A stretch of DNA of 64,000 nt from an uncultured Oscillibacter sp. (GCA_910587875.1 CAJUOD010000002.1:2890-66889); one strand, 5' to 3'; counted from the stretch's first letter, positions 18,245 through 28,742 are shown. The notes: generated by a model from the sequence alone, not told the origin. Made by a program: numbers and translations.

Positions 18245-20041
18245 ATGAAACAGAAAGTTCTATCACTGCTGCTCACGGCGGCTTGCTGCCTGAGCTTGAC
18301 AGCGCCGGTATTGGCGACAGACTGGAAGGAGGGCTTGCCCGAGGATCTTGCCAATCTCATCGGAGAAATTACCCGGGGAGAGGACGGATGGTCGATCAGC
18401 ATCAACCCCGGTGTTCCGTACATCCCGAATTCATCCTGGCATGCGCCGGAGGAGCCTTCCACGGCTCCCACAGAGCCGGTGAAGACGGATACGAAGCAGA
18501 GCAACTTCAAAAAGGTAAATACCTACCGTACCGGGATGTTTTCCGATGTGTCCGAACAGGATTGGTTTGCCAAAAATGTGAAGGCCGTCTATGAATATGG
18601 CCTGATGAACGGAAACGGAGACAAATTTAACCCCAGGAACAATATCACCCTGGCTCAGGCCCTGGCGATTGCCTGCCGTCTGCACAGCATCGCGCAGACA
18701 GGTGAGGCCAGCTTCAAACAGGGCAGTCCCTGGTATCAGGCTTACCTGGATTACGCTCGGGAAAATGGTATTTCCGGCGTGGAGAATGTTCAGGATTACA
18801 ATGTTCCCGCGACACGCCGGGACGTGGCAAAGCTGCTGGCCGGGGCTATGCCGGATGCGCTGACGCCGAAAAACAACATCGGCAGCAAGGCTATTCCCGA
18901 CGTTCCCGAGGGAGCCGACGGCTATGCGGAAATCCAGCTTCTCTACCAATCCGGCGTAGCGGGCGGCGACAGCACGAATCACGCCTTCCAGCCAGATGAG
19001 GCCATCAGCCGGGCGGAGGTCGCCGCCATGACGGCCCGGATGGTTGACCCGTCTCTGCGCCTGGAGCTGAGTATCCCGGACCCTGGCTCTTCGGGCAAAC
19101 CCAGCGGTTCTTCCGCCACCGCCAATCAGACGGCAGACCCGCTCTTCAAAGGAAAAACCACTGGTGGTACGCTCCCTGCTTTCGATGACAAGGCGACTCA
19201 AGAAAAGGCCCTGGCCCTGCTGGACCGGTATGACCCGGATGGCGCGTTTATCCTCCGCAAGGCGGGTGGGAATTTCATGAGGTGGTTTTCCCTAGGAGGC
19301 CGGACGCTCCTGAAGGGCATTGGCACAGCCGTCCATGAAGAGTATCACTCCATGGCCTTTTATACATCGACCTCCATGCTGGGCATGGGACAGCGTGGGG
19401 ATGTGTACTATGCAGGAAATGGGGTCTTGCTTCCCGTGACCCAGACAAAGGTATACAGCACGAAGGAAATGATCCCCTACATTCCGGCGGATTTGCAGGA
19501 TACCTCGCGCTTTGACACATATGTGAATACCGAAGAGAGCAATATGTCGTCTGTTGTGGAGGGAATCTATGGCCTGATGAATGAGTTTACCGCCTATAGC
19601 TGCGGGCTGAACAACGCGGTGGCTTTGTACGATTTTTACAAGGCAAACGCGAAAAGTGTAGATGATTGGTTCCAGTATATAAACGACGGTGCGAATGACC
19701 GCCTGGCCTATGCGGAGTTCCGGTATTATATCCTGACGTATATGCTCTACGCGGAAGACAAGCACCCGGATGTATACCAGGGGATCATGAACAACCAGGA
19801 ATTCAAGGATGCGTTCAACCGAGTGGAGAACTGGTTCGCGGGAAATATACAGCGCTACGAGAATACCCTTTCGGAGATCAAGCAGATGCTTGAGAACACG
19901 GGACACCGTGTGCAGATCGCAGGCGGATGGTTCCAGGTAGACGGAAGGGGAACTAGCATCTTTGACGGCGACTATCAGAAGCTGATGAAGGCCATGAGCG
20001 CGGAGAAGTATCAAACGGAATTGGCGGCCTTGAAGGGATAA
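18245..20041 (+). CDS. SLH-anchored protein with putative gluzincin metallopeptidase domain
   Basis: Signal peptide, three SLH repeats, AVHEEYH and downstream LMNEFTAY. Confidence 0.8.
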   Translation: MKQKVLSLLLTAACCLSLTAPVLATDWKEGLPEDLANLIGEITRGEDGWSISINPGVPYIPNSSWHAPEEPSTAPTEPVKTDTKQSNFKKVNTYRTGMFSDVSEQDWFAKNVKAVYEYGLMNGNGDKFNPRNNITLAQALAIACRLHSIAQTGEASFKQGSPWYQAYLDYARENGISGVENVQDYNVPATRRDVAKLLAGAMPDALTPKNNIGSKAIPDVPEGADGYAEIQLLYQSGVAGGDSTNHAFQPDEAISRAEVAAMTARMVDPSLRLELSIPDPGSSGKPSGSSATANQTADPLFKGKTTGGTLPAFDDKATQEKALALLDRYDPDGAFILRKAGGNFMRWFSLGGRTLLKGIGTAVHEEYHSMAFYTSTSMLGMGQRGDVYYAGNGVLLPVTQTKVYSTKEMIPYIPADLQDTSRFDTYVNTEESNMSSVVEGIYGLMNEFTAYSCGLNNAVALYDFYKANAKSVDDWFQYINDGANDRLAYAEFRYYILTYMLYAEDKHPDVYQGIMNNQEFKDAFNRVENWFAGNIQRYENTLSEIKQMLENTGHRVQIAGGWFQVDGRGTSIFDGDYQKLMKAMSAEKYQTELAALKG

Positions 20042-20073
20042 TGTGGAAATTTAGTGTGAGGAGGAATAGAAAA

Positions 20074-21240
20074 ATGAGAAAAAGGCTTTTGCCGGTTTTG
20101 TTGGCATGGTGCATGGTGCTGACAACCATATGTACGGAAGTTTTTGCAAAGGGACCGTACACAGATGCCGCAGCGTCTGCACCCTCGTATGCCGCAGAAA
20201 AGGACAATTCTTCGTTGGAAGGCGTTTCCGTTTATTTTGCAACGAACCGTGGATTGCGTTTGACCAGCAAGAGTGATAAAAATCCCCTGCAATCTTCTAA
20301 TACAGATCGTGAATGTTCGATTCAGGGTTATTATACAGATTTGATGCCGTGTACGATTACATTCAGTGATGCGGTTGTTGAAAAAAGAGAGGTACTAGTG
20401 AGGGACATACACGATGAATTTGAACCATTCGAAAAACAGAGTATAACGTTTATCGTTCTCCAACCGGGCAGTAAGGTTATCGTTCCACCAAACCCAAATA
20501 ATAAGGACCCAAAGTATTCCGAAGCTATCTGCGATGGAGGAGCTGTTTGTCTTGAAAATGGAGTTTATGAACTCGAGTGGTCTGGAGGAATTGTTGGATT
20601 CTCCAGCCAAACGGCGGAGGAATTTACGGACTCCGGGGCTTCTATAACGTTCTTCGAGACGGACCAATTTGATACGGAACTCTGTTTTGTTGTGTTGGAA
20701 TCTCAAAGCGCTGTGCCCAGTTCTACTGGATTTACTGACGTGAAAGCCACTGACTTTTTCGCGAAACCGGTCAAATGGGCACTGGAGCACCAAATCACCG
20801 GGGGCACAAGCAAGACCCAATTTTCGCCGCAGCAGCCCTGCTCGGTCAGTCAAATCCTGACGTTCCTGTATCGCGCCAGCGGTTCGCCGGAAGCAAAAAT
20901 CAACAACCCCTTCTCCGACGTCTCTCCCAGTAATTATTACTATTTTGCCGCATTATGGGCGTATGAAAACGGCCTAGTTTCGGGAAACAAGCTGAACGGT
21001 GAAACTCCTTGTACGAGGGCAATGGCGATTAGCTACCTCTGGAAACTGGCTGGCAGTCCTACCCAATTGACTTCGAAATACCATTTTTCAGATGTACCGG
21101 ATTCCGCAAGCTATGCCAAAGCGGTAGCGTGGGCAGTGGATGAGGGCATCACCAGCGGCACTACGAAAACTACGTTCTCTCCGGACACGGTGTGTAATCG
21201 GGGCCAGATCATAACCTTCTTATACCGCGCGATGGCGTGA
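20074..21240 (+). CDS. Secreted SLH-domain protein
   Basis: Signal peptide; C-terminal SLH repeats ending CNRGQIITFLYRAMA. Confidence 0.85.
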   Translation: MRKRLLPVLLAWCMVLTTICTEVFAKGPYTDAAASAPSYAAEKDNSSLEGVSVYFATNRGLRLTSKSDKNPLQSSNTDRECSIQGYYTDLMPCTITFSDAVVEKREVLVRDIHDEFEPFEKQSITFIVLQPGSKVIVPPNPNNKDPKYSEAICDGGAVCLENGVYELEWSGGIVGFSSQTAEEFTDSGASITFFETDQFDTELCFVVLESQSAVPSSTGFTDVKATDFFAKPVKWALEHQITGGTSKTQFSPQQPCSVSQILTFLYRASGSPEAKINNPFSDVSPSNYYYFAALWAYENGLVSGNKLNGETPCTRAMAISYLWKLAGSPTQLTSKYHFSDVPDSASYAKAVAWAVDEGITSGTTKTTFSPDTVCNRGQIITFLYRAMA

Positions 21241-21318
21241 CGGCAGCGCTTCACCGCTAAGACGGCATAATGACCGCAATTATGTTCTGTTGGAACTGAA
21301 AATAAAGGAGAAACTATT

Positions 21319-22044
21319 ATGAAAATCAAGAAAGCTCCGGTAATAGTAACCATTCTTTTGATGATGCTGGGTAGTTTTACACTTGGCGTACACGCTGCCG
21401 GTACTTCTAAGGAGATTACCGCATATATGCGCTATGATGTGGGAGTGCAGTATAACGGGGAACCGGTTGTGATGAAAAATGCCAAGGGAGAGCAGGTCTA
21501 TCCAATCTCTTATGAAGGATCGACATATGTCCCGATTCGTGCGATTGGGAACTTGTTCGGCGTGCCCGTGGAGTGGGATAGCGATACGAAATCTGTTGTG
21601 TTGGGAGCCCGTGCAGAATTTCAGGGGATTGATTTACTCGACCAGTTTAAGTCGTACTCTTTCAGCCATGGGTCTAAGCATGTGATGAAATCGGACAAGC
21701 TGTCCAAAAGCATCGCCGGTGTTCCGGTAGATCACTGGCTCAGTCTGAAAAACGGGACTCCGTCCGTTCAACCAAAGGCAGACGCATATGCATACTTCAA
21801 TTTGGGTGGAAACTACAGTACATTGACTTTTGAAGTGGCTTCCAATGAAGATACTGTTTTGCATGTATATGGGGACAACGAAACTACACTGAGTGAAATC
21901 CCTGTGAAAGCGAACCAAGTCCCGTTGAAAGTATCGATTCCTCTATTAAACTCCACTCAGCTTCATTTTCAGGCAGAACTTTCAAAGAATACATTAAATA
22001 ATGATGATTCCACACTTAATATTATAAACGCTTATCTTACCTAA
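21319..22044 (+). CDS. Secreted stalk-domain (copper amine oxidase N-like) protein with NPCBM-like C-terminus
   Basis: PISYEGSTYVPIRAIGNLFGVPVEWD; YFNLGGNYSTLTF..LHVYGD. Confidence 0.7.
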   Translation: MKIKKAPVIVTILLMMLGSFTLGVHAAGTSKEITAYMRYDVGVQYNGEPVVMKNAKGEQVYPISYEGSTYVPIRAIGNLFGVPVEWDSDTKSVVLGARAEFQGIDLLDQFKSYSFSHGSKHVMKSDKLSKSIAGVPVDHWLSLKNGTPSVQPKADAYAYFNLGGNYSTLTFEVASNEDTVLHVYGDNETTLSEIPVKANQVPLKVSIPLLNSTQLHFQAELSKNTLNNDDSTLNIINAYLT

Positions 22045-22443
22045 ACCTATTTTTTGCAGGGCTTTGAACGCCTATGATATGAGATAAATGTACGATATGC
22101 GGTCATTATAAATTCCTTCAGCAGATACTTGCAAGGCTCACAAAGCGTTTGCCTTTCCTGATTTACGAAGGCCGCCAGATATTGGCGGTCTTCATGGCTT
22201 ACCGCAAGTACCAATGGTTGAGTGTAAGTAGGGTTTGCTCTTTGGCAGCAAATTTTGAGAAGTAGAACACAGCTGGTCCGCCCCTCTGGAGGATGCCGTG
22301 TTGCGTGGTTACCGGGAGGACTGCCTGCGCTGACCGGATTGCTGATAGAGCTGTAAATCTTATCATAAATCCAAAAATCGCATCACTATAAACAAAGATA
22401 AGCCTGAGACCGATTTTGCGCAAGCCGGTCCCAGGCTTCTTAT

Positions 22444-23181
22444 TCACAGCCGGTTCAGATTCTCCTTCAGCTGCTGGATAATCGACGCACTCAGCGCGGC
22501 GTCCGCTGTTGTCCGCAACTGCTCAATGGCAGCGTCCCGTTCCGATGCGGCTTGTTCTCCCCACGCCTTGAACTCGTCCGCGCTTATGTTGCCCTTCATG
22601 TACCGGGCGTAGTATTTTTTGTATGCCCGCTTGTAGAGCTTCCAGGTGTCCTCGTCCTGAAATTTTTTCTCAAAGACCATCCTGGCTCCCGTCTCCCGGC
22701 AGGTCTTTTCCGTTTTACCCGGAGCCATGCGCTCACAGTAGAGTGCCCGGTCACCCTGCTTGTGGAAAAACCAACCGCCGCATAAGCGGCACTGCCTGGG
22801 AGCATTGCCGTGGAGAATGGCCCGGCCCAGTTCCACGTAAAGAAAATCACGCAGAGTGGGAAACGTGTATCGCTCCGCCAGAACGACGGAGCCTTGCAGC
22901 GGAAGGAAGGCATAGTTGACCAAGCAGGTCGTCACACTCTGTTCCAACTGCTGGTATATGTCATCCGTGGTTTCCAGTTCCTCGGAAAAAGGGGAAAGAT
23001 GGTGGCCAAAGATTTTGAGAGCAGCCTCCAGCTCCTGCATCAACCGAGAAATATCGCCAGTTGGTTCACAGCCGCTCTCTCCGGAGAGAAAAGCTGTTGA
23101 CGCTTCTCCGCACAGGTATAGTCCCTTCCCGTTGATCCAGTACTTGCCGCCGCTGAAATCTACGGTCAGAGGAAAAGTCAA
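22444..23181 (-). CDS. DUF6076-like Zn-finger protein
   Basis: CRLCGGWF..YCER....TCRETGA..YKRAYKKYYAR; start uncertain. Confidence 0.7.
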   Translation of the reverse strand: MTFPLTVDFSGGKYWINGKGLYLCGEASTAFLSGESGCEPTGDISRLMQELEAALKIFGHHLSPFSEELETTDDIYQQLEQSVTTCLVNYAFLPLQGSVVLAERYTFPTLRDFLYVELGRAILHGNAPRQCRLCGGWFFHKQGDRALYCERMAPGKTEKTCRETGARMVFEKKFQDEDTWKLYKRAYKKYYARYMKGNISADEFKAWGEQAASERDAAIEQLRTTADAALSASIIQQLKENLNRL

Positions 23182-23217
23182 CTATCTAGCAAAATTTTTT
23201 CACTTGGAGGCAGCAAA

Positions 23218-23427
23218 ATGAAGGAGTTGGTCTACAAAAGCTACGAGGAGTTGCCATTGTTCCTCAACGCAAAAATGGTAGCGCAGGTGCTGGGCATTGC
23301 TCCATCCAGCGCCTATGAGCTCATACACGAATCAGATTTTCCTGTCCTGAAAATTGGCAGCAGAATGGTGGCGCCCAAGGAGAAGTTCATCCGGTGGGTA
23401 CAACGGAACACGGGAGGTGATGGTTGA
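23218..23427 (+). CDS. Excisionase-like HTH_17 protein
   Basis: YEELPLFLNAKMVAQVLGIAPSSAYELI..FPVLKIG. Confidence 0.85.
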   Translation: MKELVYKSYEELPLFLNAKMVAQVLGIAPSSAYELIHESDFPVLKIGSRMVAPKEKFIRWVQRNTGGDG

Positions 23428-23852
23428 TGCTCTGGCAGTACGCAAAGCAACCCACAGCGAAAAGATTTTTCCCTTTGCCCAACGAGATTTTTTCTCTGGG
23501 TCTGTCCTCCGGCGCACTAGCGGTCTACTCCTACCTGCTCTACTGTGAGGACCGCAAGACCTATCAGTATTGGCCCAGCTACAGATCTATCGGCGAAGCT
23601 GTCCGCATGAGTGTCAACACAGTACGGAAGTACGTTGCGGAGCTGGAAGAACGAGGACTGGTCGTTACAGAGTCGACGTCCGTCACCACAAGAGATGGCC
23701 GCAAGCGCAACGGCACTCTGCGCTACACCATCCTGCCAATCCAAAACGCGGTGGACCTCTACAACCAACGACAACTCCGTCTGCTGGAAGAAACCGTGGA
23801 ACGGATGCGTGTCCGCAAGAAGCTAGAGGGCAACGAAGAATACCCTGCGTGA
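23424..23852 (+). CDS. HTH_36-type replication/DNA-binding protein
   Basis: FFPLPNEIFSLGLS.GALAVYSYL..WPSYRSIG..MSVNTVRKYV.ELEERGL. Confidence 0.8.
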   Translation: MMLWQYAKQPTAKRFFPLPNEIFSLGLSSGALAVYSYLLYCEDRKTYQYWPSYRSIGEAVRMSVNTVRKYVAELEERGLVVTESTSVTTRDGRKRNGTLRYTILPIQNAVDLYNQRQLRLLEETVERMRVRKKLEGNEEYPA

Positions 23853-24403
23853 GCGCCTGACAGCCGCCGTGTGCGATTCTTCCGTTGACAGTAAGGTAAA
23901 CACCCTGGCCAAACGACGACACCAAGCGTGAGCCCGTTTACAAGCGGTCGAAAAAGGTGCGGGATAAAGGCCGGGGGTCGCTTTGGCGCCCCCGGCCAGT
24001 GAACACCGCCCCGCAGAGCGGATCGGGGGATTTCGCTAGGAGGTCGGAATCTCAACTTTTTACTGTGGCAGGTGGTCGGAAAGGAGGAAAATGAGCGTGA
24101 ACATACCCCTTTAAGCCACTTTGCAAGGTGGCTGTTATAGGTGGTTTTTCAGAATTTTAGCGGGAGTCAGCGCGGGGGTCTGGTTACGGCCCCTGGGGTC
24201 AAGTCGGGGGTCTGCTTTCCCGCAAAGGTCCACCGTTGGGCTGTTTTCCTGGGTTCCGTTCGGGAATATCAACGCAAAAGGGACCTCCTACTGGCGTAAG
24301 AGGCCCTTGTGCCAGTCGGTCGGTTGAACGGCGCTTTCGAACTGCTGCGTCAGTGCGTACAAGCTCTCCGACAGCACGCTCACGATGTTGTCATGTGTCT
24401 TCA

Positions 24404-24664
24404 TCAGATGTTGCCGTCCGTTTCAATTCGGGAGAGAAACTCCTTGGCAAGATCAAACTGTCCCTCGATGTGGTCCAGTTCTTTTTCCAATGTGGTCAGC
24501 AGAATGTCCTGCTTCGCCGTCCACACCAAATCATACATGACCTGAACAGGACGGTTTGGTTCCGTCAAATTTTTCTCCTGCCCGTATCGGAACAGGTCAG
24601 CCAAGATAGAAGCTCCCTTCTCCAGCATAACTTCTTGGCGAAATGAAAACTCATACCTAGTCAT
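24404..24664 (-). CDS. Small hypothetical protein
   Basis: 86-aa ORF with GGAGG RBS. Confidence 0.6.
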   Translation of the reverse strand: MTRYEFSFRQEVMLEKGASILADLFRYGQEKNLTEPNRPVQVMYDLVWTAKQDILLTTLEKELDHIEGQFDLAKEFLSRIETDGNI

Positions 24665-24900
24665 GTGGCGCACCTCCACGCGAAACTATCTTGTCTCAAT
24701 TTCTCTATGCGCATCATACCACTCTTCTTGCGTCCTCGCAATCTGGGTAGTGCTCAGCCTTCCTATAGCTCAAAAGATGCGCCGCTATAAACAAAGAATA
24801 CGTCCGGTCCCAAATCTGAACTTTCTGATAACTCGAAAAAAGCCGCTGGATATTGAGCAAGGCAAGTGGTAATGTGTGTCGCTGACAGGAGGTGACACGC

Positions 24901-25215
24901 ATGGAGTATGAATACATGAGGGCTCTGCGCCAGAGATTTTTCCTAGAACCAGATATGGCTTTGCAAAGAGAGATTGAAGAAAGCTGGCGGCGTCTCTCAG
25001 AGCGAGTGGGTAAGGAAGAGCAAAAAAGAATCCTCGCGCTGATGGATATGCAAGCGGCTCTGCTGGAGGAAACCTCGCTGGCGAGTTTCGTGGCAGGATT
25101 CCAACTGGCCCTCGGGATCGCCGGAGAGCTAACGCACTACTCCTTTGCAAGTGATGAGGAAGACCGGGCGGAGGAAAGGAGGGCGTCCCGTGGCGAAGCG
25201 GAGGGCAAACGGTGA
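24901..25215 (+). CDS. DUF6809-like protein
   Basis: YMRALRQRFF..SLASFVAGFQLALGIA.EL; overlaps the integrase start. Confidence 0.7.
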   Translation: MEYEYMRALRQRFFLEPDMALQREIEESWRRLSERVGKEEQKRILALMDMQAALLEETSLASFVAGFQLALGIAGELTHYSFASDEEDRAEERRASRGEAEGKR

Positions 25216-26344
25216 AGGGAATATACGCAAACGGAAAGATGGCCGCTGGGAAGGTCGCTACACGGCGGGCTATGATTCAAAAACTGGGAAGCGCATTACA
25301 AAAAACGTCCTGGGCAAGACCCAGGCGGAAGTCAAGGAAAAACTCAAACGGGCTGTGGAGGACAGCAAGCGATTCGATGTCTCCAAGGGCCAGGATCTTA
25401 CGGTGGGTCAATGGGCCACACTCTGGTTTGAAAACTATGCGAAGCCCTCCATCCGTGAGAGTACGTCAGAGCACTACCGCAATTTTGTGGAGAACCACAT
25501 TGTGCCCGGCATTGGAAAGATCAAGCTCCGAAAACTCACTACGCTGGACATTCAGAAATTTTACAACAGAACCCGAGAGAGCGGCCGTATCCAACGCTAC
25601 GAAGGTATGAAGGTCTCAGGGCTCAGCAACAAAACTATCCGCAGCCTCCACGCGATGCTTCGGCAATGCCTGGACCAGGCGGTGATGGAGCGGCAGATTC
25701 CGTACAATCCCGCCGCGAACTGCAAGCTGCCGCCGAAGGAGAAAAAGGAGATGCAGATCATCCCTCCGGAAAAGCTGGGAGACTATCTGCGGGCGGCAGA
25801 GGAGCACGGCGTCCTCCCGATGTTTTACCTAGAACTGACGACAGGACTCCGACAAGGTGAGTTGTTAGCGCTCCTCTGGACCGACCTAAACATCAAAGAG
25901 AAATGTCTGACGGTCTCGAAGTCAGTAGCCAGAGGCAAAGGTGAACTGCGGGTGACAGAGCCGAAGACGAGAAACTCCATCAGGACGGTTTACATTGACG
26001 ATGAGACCATCCGCCTGCTGGTACAAGATCGCAAAAACCATCCATTCAGCCCATATTTATTCCCGTCCCCGGTAACAGGCGGAATGTACGGCCCGGACTG
26101 CGTCGGCAGAATACACAAGAAGTTGCTGAAAAGGGCGGGCATCGAAGAACACGTCCGCTTCCATGATCTGCGCAGGACCTTCGCAACGATGGCCCTACAA
26201 AACGGCGTGGACATCAAGACCGTCTCCGGAATGCTGGGCCATTACTCAGCGGAGTTCACGCTGGACGTCTATACGAACGTGACAAAAGAGATGCAGAAAG
26301 ACGCCGCAAAGAAAATCGGCGGCTTCATGGCGGAGGTCATGTAA
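25190..26344 (+). CDS. Tyrosine integrase of the 14.5-kb element
   Basis: RRANGEGNIRKRKDGRWEGRY, TGLRQGE, FHDLRRTFA, LGHYSAEFTLDVY. Confidence 0.95.
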   Translation: MAKRRANGEGNIRKRKDGRWEGRYTAGYDSKTGKRITKNVLGKTQAEVKEKLKRAVEDSKRFDVSKGQDLTVGQWATLWFENYAKPSIRESTSEHYRNFVENHIVPGIGKIKLRKLTTLDIQKFYNRTRESGRIQRYEGMKVSGLSNKTIRSLHAMLRQCLDQAVMERQIPYNPAANCKLPPKEKKEMQIIPPEKLGDYLRAAEEHGVLPMFYLELTTGLRQGELLALLWTDLNIKEKCLTVSKSVARGKGELRVTEPKTRNSIRTVYIDDETIRLLVQDRKNHPFSPYLFPSPVTGGMYGPDCVGRIHKKLLKRAGIEEHVRFHDLRRTFATMALQNGVDIKTVSGMLGHYSAEFTLDVYTNVTKEMQKDAAKKIGGFMAEVM

Positions 26345-26519
26345 AAGGGCAAGCGCCAGAGAGCGAAAATCTGCTCTCTGGCGCTCTCTCGTCCTATCTA
26401 GACCTTTCCGGCCATTTCGCCGTGTGGGTCACAGTGTGGGTCTAACGTTTTTCTAACGCCACAAATGCGCCAAAAAAGTTGCGAAAACCCGCCGAAATCA
26501 TCCGATTTCGGCGGATTTG

Positions 26520-26595
26520 TGGTCCGAGTGGCGGGATTTGAACCCACGGCCTCATGGTCCCGAACCATGCGCGCTACCAACTGCGCTACACCCGG
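26520..26595 (-). tRNA. tRNA-Pro(CGG)
   Basis: 76 nt; acceptor CCGGGTG/CACTCGG, anticodon arm CATGG-TTCGGGA-CCATG, GTTCAAATC T-loop, encoded CCA. Confidence 0.97.
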
Positions 26596-26806
26596 ATATC
26601 TTAGGCCGGGCCGCTTCCCCGCAGCTCCTGCCCGACCTCGTTATTATAAGGAATTTTTCCCGGAATGTCAATCTCTATTTTTCAGAGGATTCCCCCGCCC
26701 GCACGCCAAAATTGACCTGCGGGAAAATCTGTGGTATTCTATACCGTGAAACCGTGAAAACCGGCGAAGCTGACTTGATGTGTGCCGCCGGAGAGGGGGA
26801 CACACG

Positions 26807-27448
26807 ATGAACTCACAGAGCGAGACCGCCTATGAGCAGATTAAGGACATGATCTTCCGCATGGAGCTGCTGCCGGGTTCCCACATTCCCGAACTGGGAA
26901 TCGCCGCCAGGCTGTCCATCAGCCGCACGCCGGTCCACGACGCCCTGCGGCAGCTGGCCTCCGAGGGGCTGGTAACCATCACGCAAAACAGGGGGGCCGC
27001 CGTCACCAGCTTTTCCGATCGGGAGATTGCGGAGATCGGCGCACTCCGCCTGTCCCAGGATATTCTCGCGGCCCAGCTGGCCTCCTACTACGGAAACGCC
27101 GCCGATTTTGACCAGCTGGTCCGGCTGGCGGACGCCTGTCAGGAGGCCGCCGCCCGGGGAGACGTCTATGGACGAATCCGCACCGACGTCGAGTTCCACC
27201 TTGCGATTGCCCGGGCCTCCCGGAATTCCCGGCTGATTCGCCAGCAGTACGCCCTGTACCAGCAGATTCACCTGATCCAAATCTCCAAATACACCGACGT
27301 GGAGCAGAGCCTGCTTCAGATCCACCTGCACCACCCGCTGGCGCAGGCCATCCGCGCGGAGGATCATGAGCAGATTCGCGCGCTGTCCTTCCAGCACATA
27401 CGGGAGTTCTTCCATCTGGATTCCTATCTGCCCAAATGCATTCCGTAG
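26807..27448 (+). CDS. GntR/FCD-family regulator
   Basis: AYEQIKDMI..LLPG..ISRTPVHDALRQLASEGLV; FHLAIARASRN. Confidence 0.92.
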   Translation: MNSQSETAYEQIKDMIFRMELLPGSHIPELGIAARLSISRTPVHDALRQLASEGLVTITQNRGAAVTSFSDREIAEIGALRLSQDILAAQLASYYGNAADFDQLVRLADACQEAAARGDVYGRIRTDVEFHLAIARASRNSRLIRQQYALYQQIHLIQISKYTDVEQSLLQIHLHHPLAQAIRAEDHEQIRALSFQHIREFFHLDSYLPKCIP

Positions 27449-27552
27449 CCGCGCACAGGGGCGGCCCCTTCGCCGCGGCGGGGTGTCCATATTTTCACAA
27501 CGCCTCAAAAGCCAGGCCCCGGCGGGTTTGTCCGCCGGGGCCCTTATCCGTT

Positions 27553-28710
27553 TCAGCGCGTCGCGGGTTCCAGCTTGGCAAGCTCCACCCGGGTTCCCCC
27601 GATGTCCATCGCCGTCACCGCGGCGGGGTCGATGGGGTAGGGAAATTCCCGGTTCCAGTGGCCTGTAGCCGACGTTCCGTCCGCCGTTGTCATCACCCCC
27701 TGGATCACAAAGCCGGAACAGGTCACATACTTGCCGTCCTTAGTCCAAACGCCCTCCAACCGCATGTCCAGGTCCTTGTCTATGTCCAGGTTCGTCGCCC
27801 CCGGCACGGGGTCCTCTCCCCGGTGGATCACGTTCACCGGACCCTTCACGTCCAGGGCATAGCCGACGCTGATTTGGGTGGGGGAAACGCCGGCGGAGGT
27901 GATCCGCACGGGGATTTTTTTGATGGTCGCTTGGACGCTTCCCTGGTAGCCCAGGGGCTGCGACCTCTTCTCCGGCGTGAAGGTGAAGTCAAAGGGCCCC
28001 TTGAAAATCGTTTTGCCGGGTCCGGGGCCGGTGCGCTGGTCGCCATCCCAGCTTACAAGACCCCTGCCGTCCTCGTAGATCGCCAGGTTCTCAATGTGAA
28101 GGGTCAGCTCCGGCTTTTCCAGATGGTTTTTCAGAGGCATGGACGCGCAAAAGGTAAGAGTATCGCCCTCCCGCTTCACCAGGCGGAAGCCCAGGCGGTT
28201 GTTATAGACCTCATAGAGCTTTTGGCCCATGTCCAGTTTCTTTTGGATTTGCTCCTTGACCTGGGCCTCCGTCTCGTCCTCCCCGGCACTCTGCTCCACG
28301 TCCTTTTTTACATATTCCTTCCACTTCTCCTCGGACAGCTCCAGGCTGCACTCCTCGGTATAGACCGTCGTGGCCGGCAGTGAGCCAGGGGTGAGGTCCG
28401 CGGGGAAGTCCTTCCCCTTCATCACCAGGGACAGCAGGAGATTTTCCCCCTCCCAGACGACGCCGTTCAGGGTGACGGTTTCGCCGCCCACGGTTTTGGT
28501 TTGGTTGATAACCGTGCCCATTTTGGCCAGAACGGCTTCCGAAGCCTCCGGCGCGGCGGGGTCTGTTCCCAGCCAGGGGAACCACTGGGAGAACTGCCCG
28601 GCGGGCTTCGGGGCCGTTTTCTCCGGCTCCGCCGCCAGGGCCGCGCAGCTCAGGGACGCCAGCAGGGTTAGAGCGAACAGCCCTGAGATGAGACGTTTCC
28701 AAGTTTTCAT
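27553..28710 (-). CDS. Secreted paralog of the anti-sigma extracellular (DUF4179-like) domain
   Basis: Signal peptide; GQFSQWFP, LTLHIENL, KGPFDFTFT shared with neighbours. Confidence 0.8.
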   Translation of the reverse strand: MKTWKRLISGLFALTLLASLSCAALAAEPEKTAPKPAGQFSQWFPWLGTDPAAPEASEAVLAKMGTVINQTKTVGGETVTLNGVVWEGENLLLSLVMKGKDFPADLTPGSLPATTVYTEECSLELSEEKWKEYVKKDVEQSAGEDETEAQVKEQIQKKLDMGQKLYEVYNNRLGFRLVKREGDTLTFCASMPLKNHLEKPELTLHIENLAIYEDGRGLVSWDGDQRTGPGPGKTIFKGPFDFTFTPEKRSQPLGYQGSVQATIKKIPVRITSAGVSPTQISVGYALDVKGPVNVIHRGEDPVPGATNLDIDKDLDMRLEGVWTKDGKYVTCSGFVIQGVMTTADGTSATGHWNREFPYPIDPAAVTAMDIGGTRVELAKLEPATR

Positions 28711-28742
28711 GATGATATCCTCCTTAATTTCTGAATACATTT

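Larger units (their letters stand above)
12020..26564. mobile_element. ~14.5-kb integrative element in tRNA-Pro with surface-protein cargo
   Basis: 45-bp direct repeats at both ends, integrase beside the tRNA, xis and HTH replication genes, GTGGGTC tandem repeats near both ends. Confidence 0.9.
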
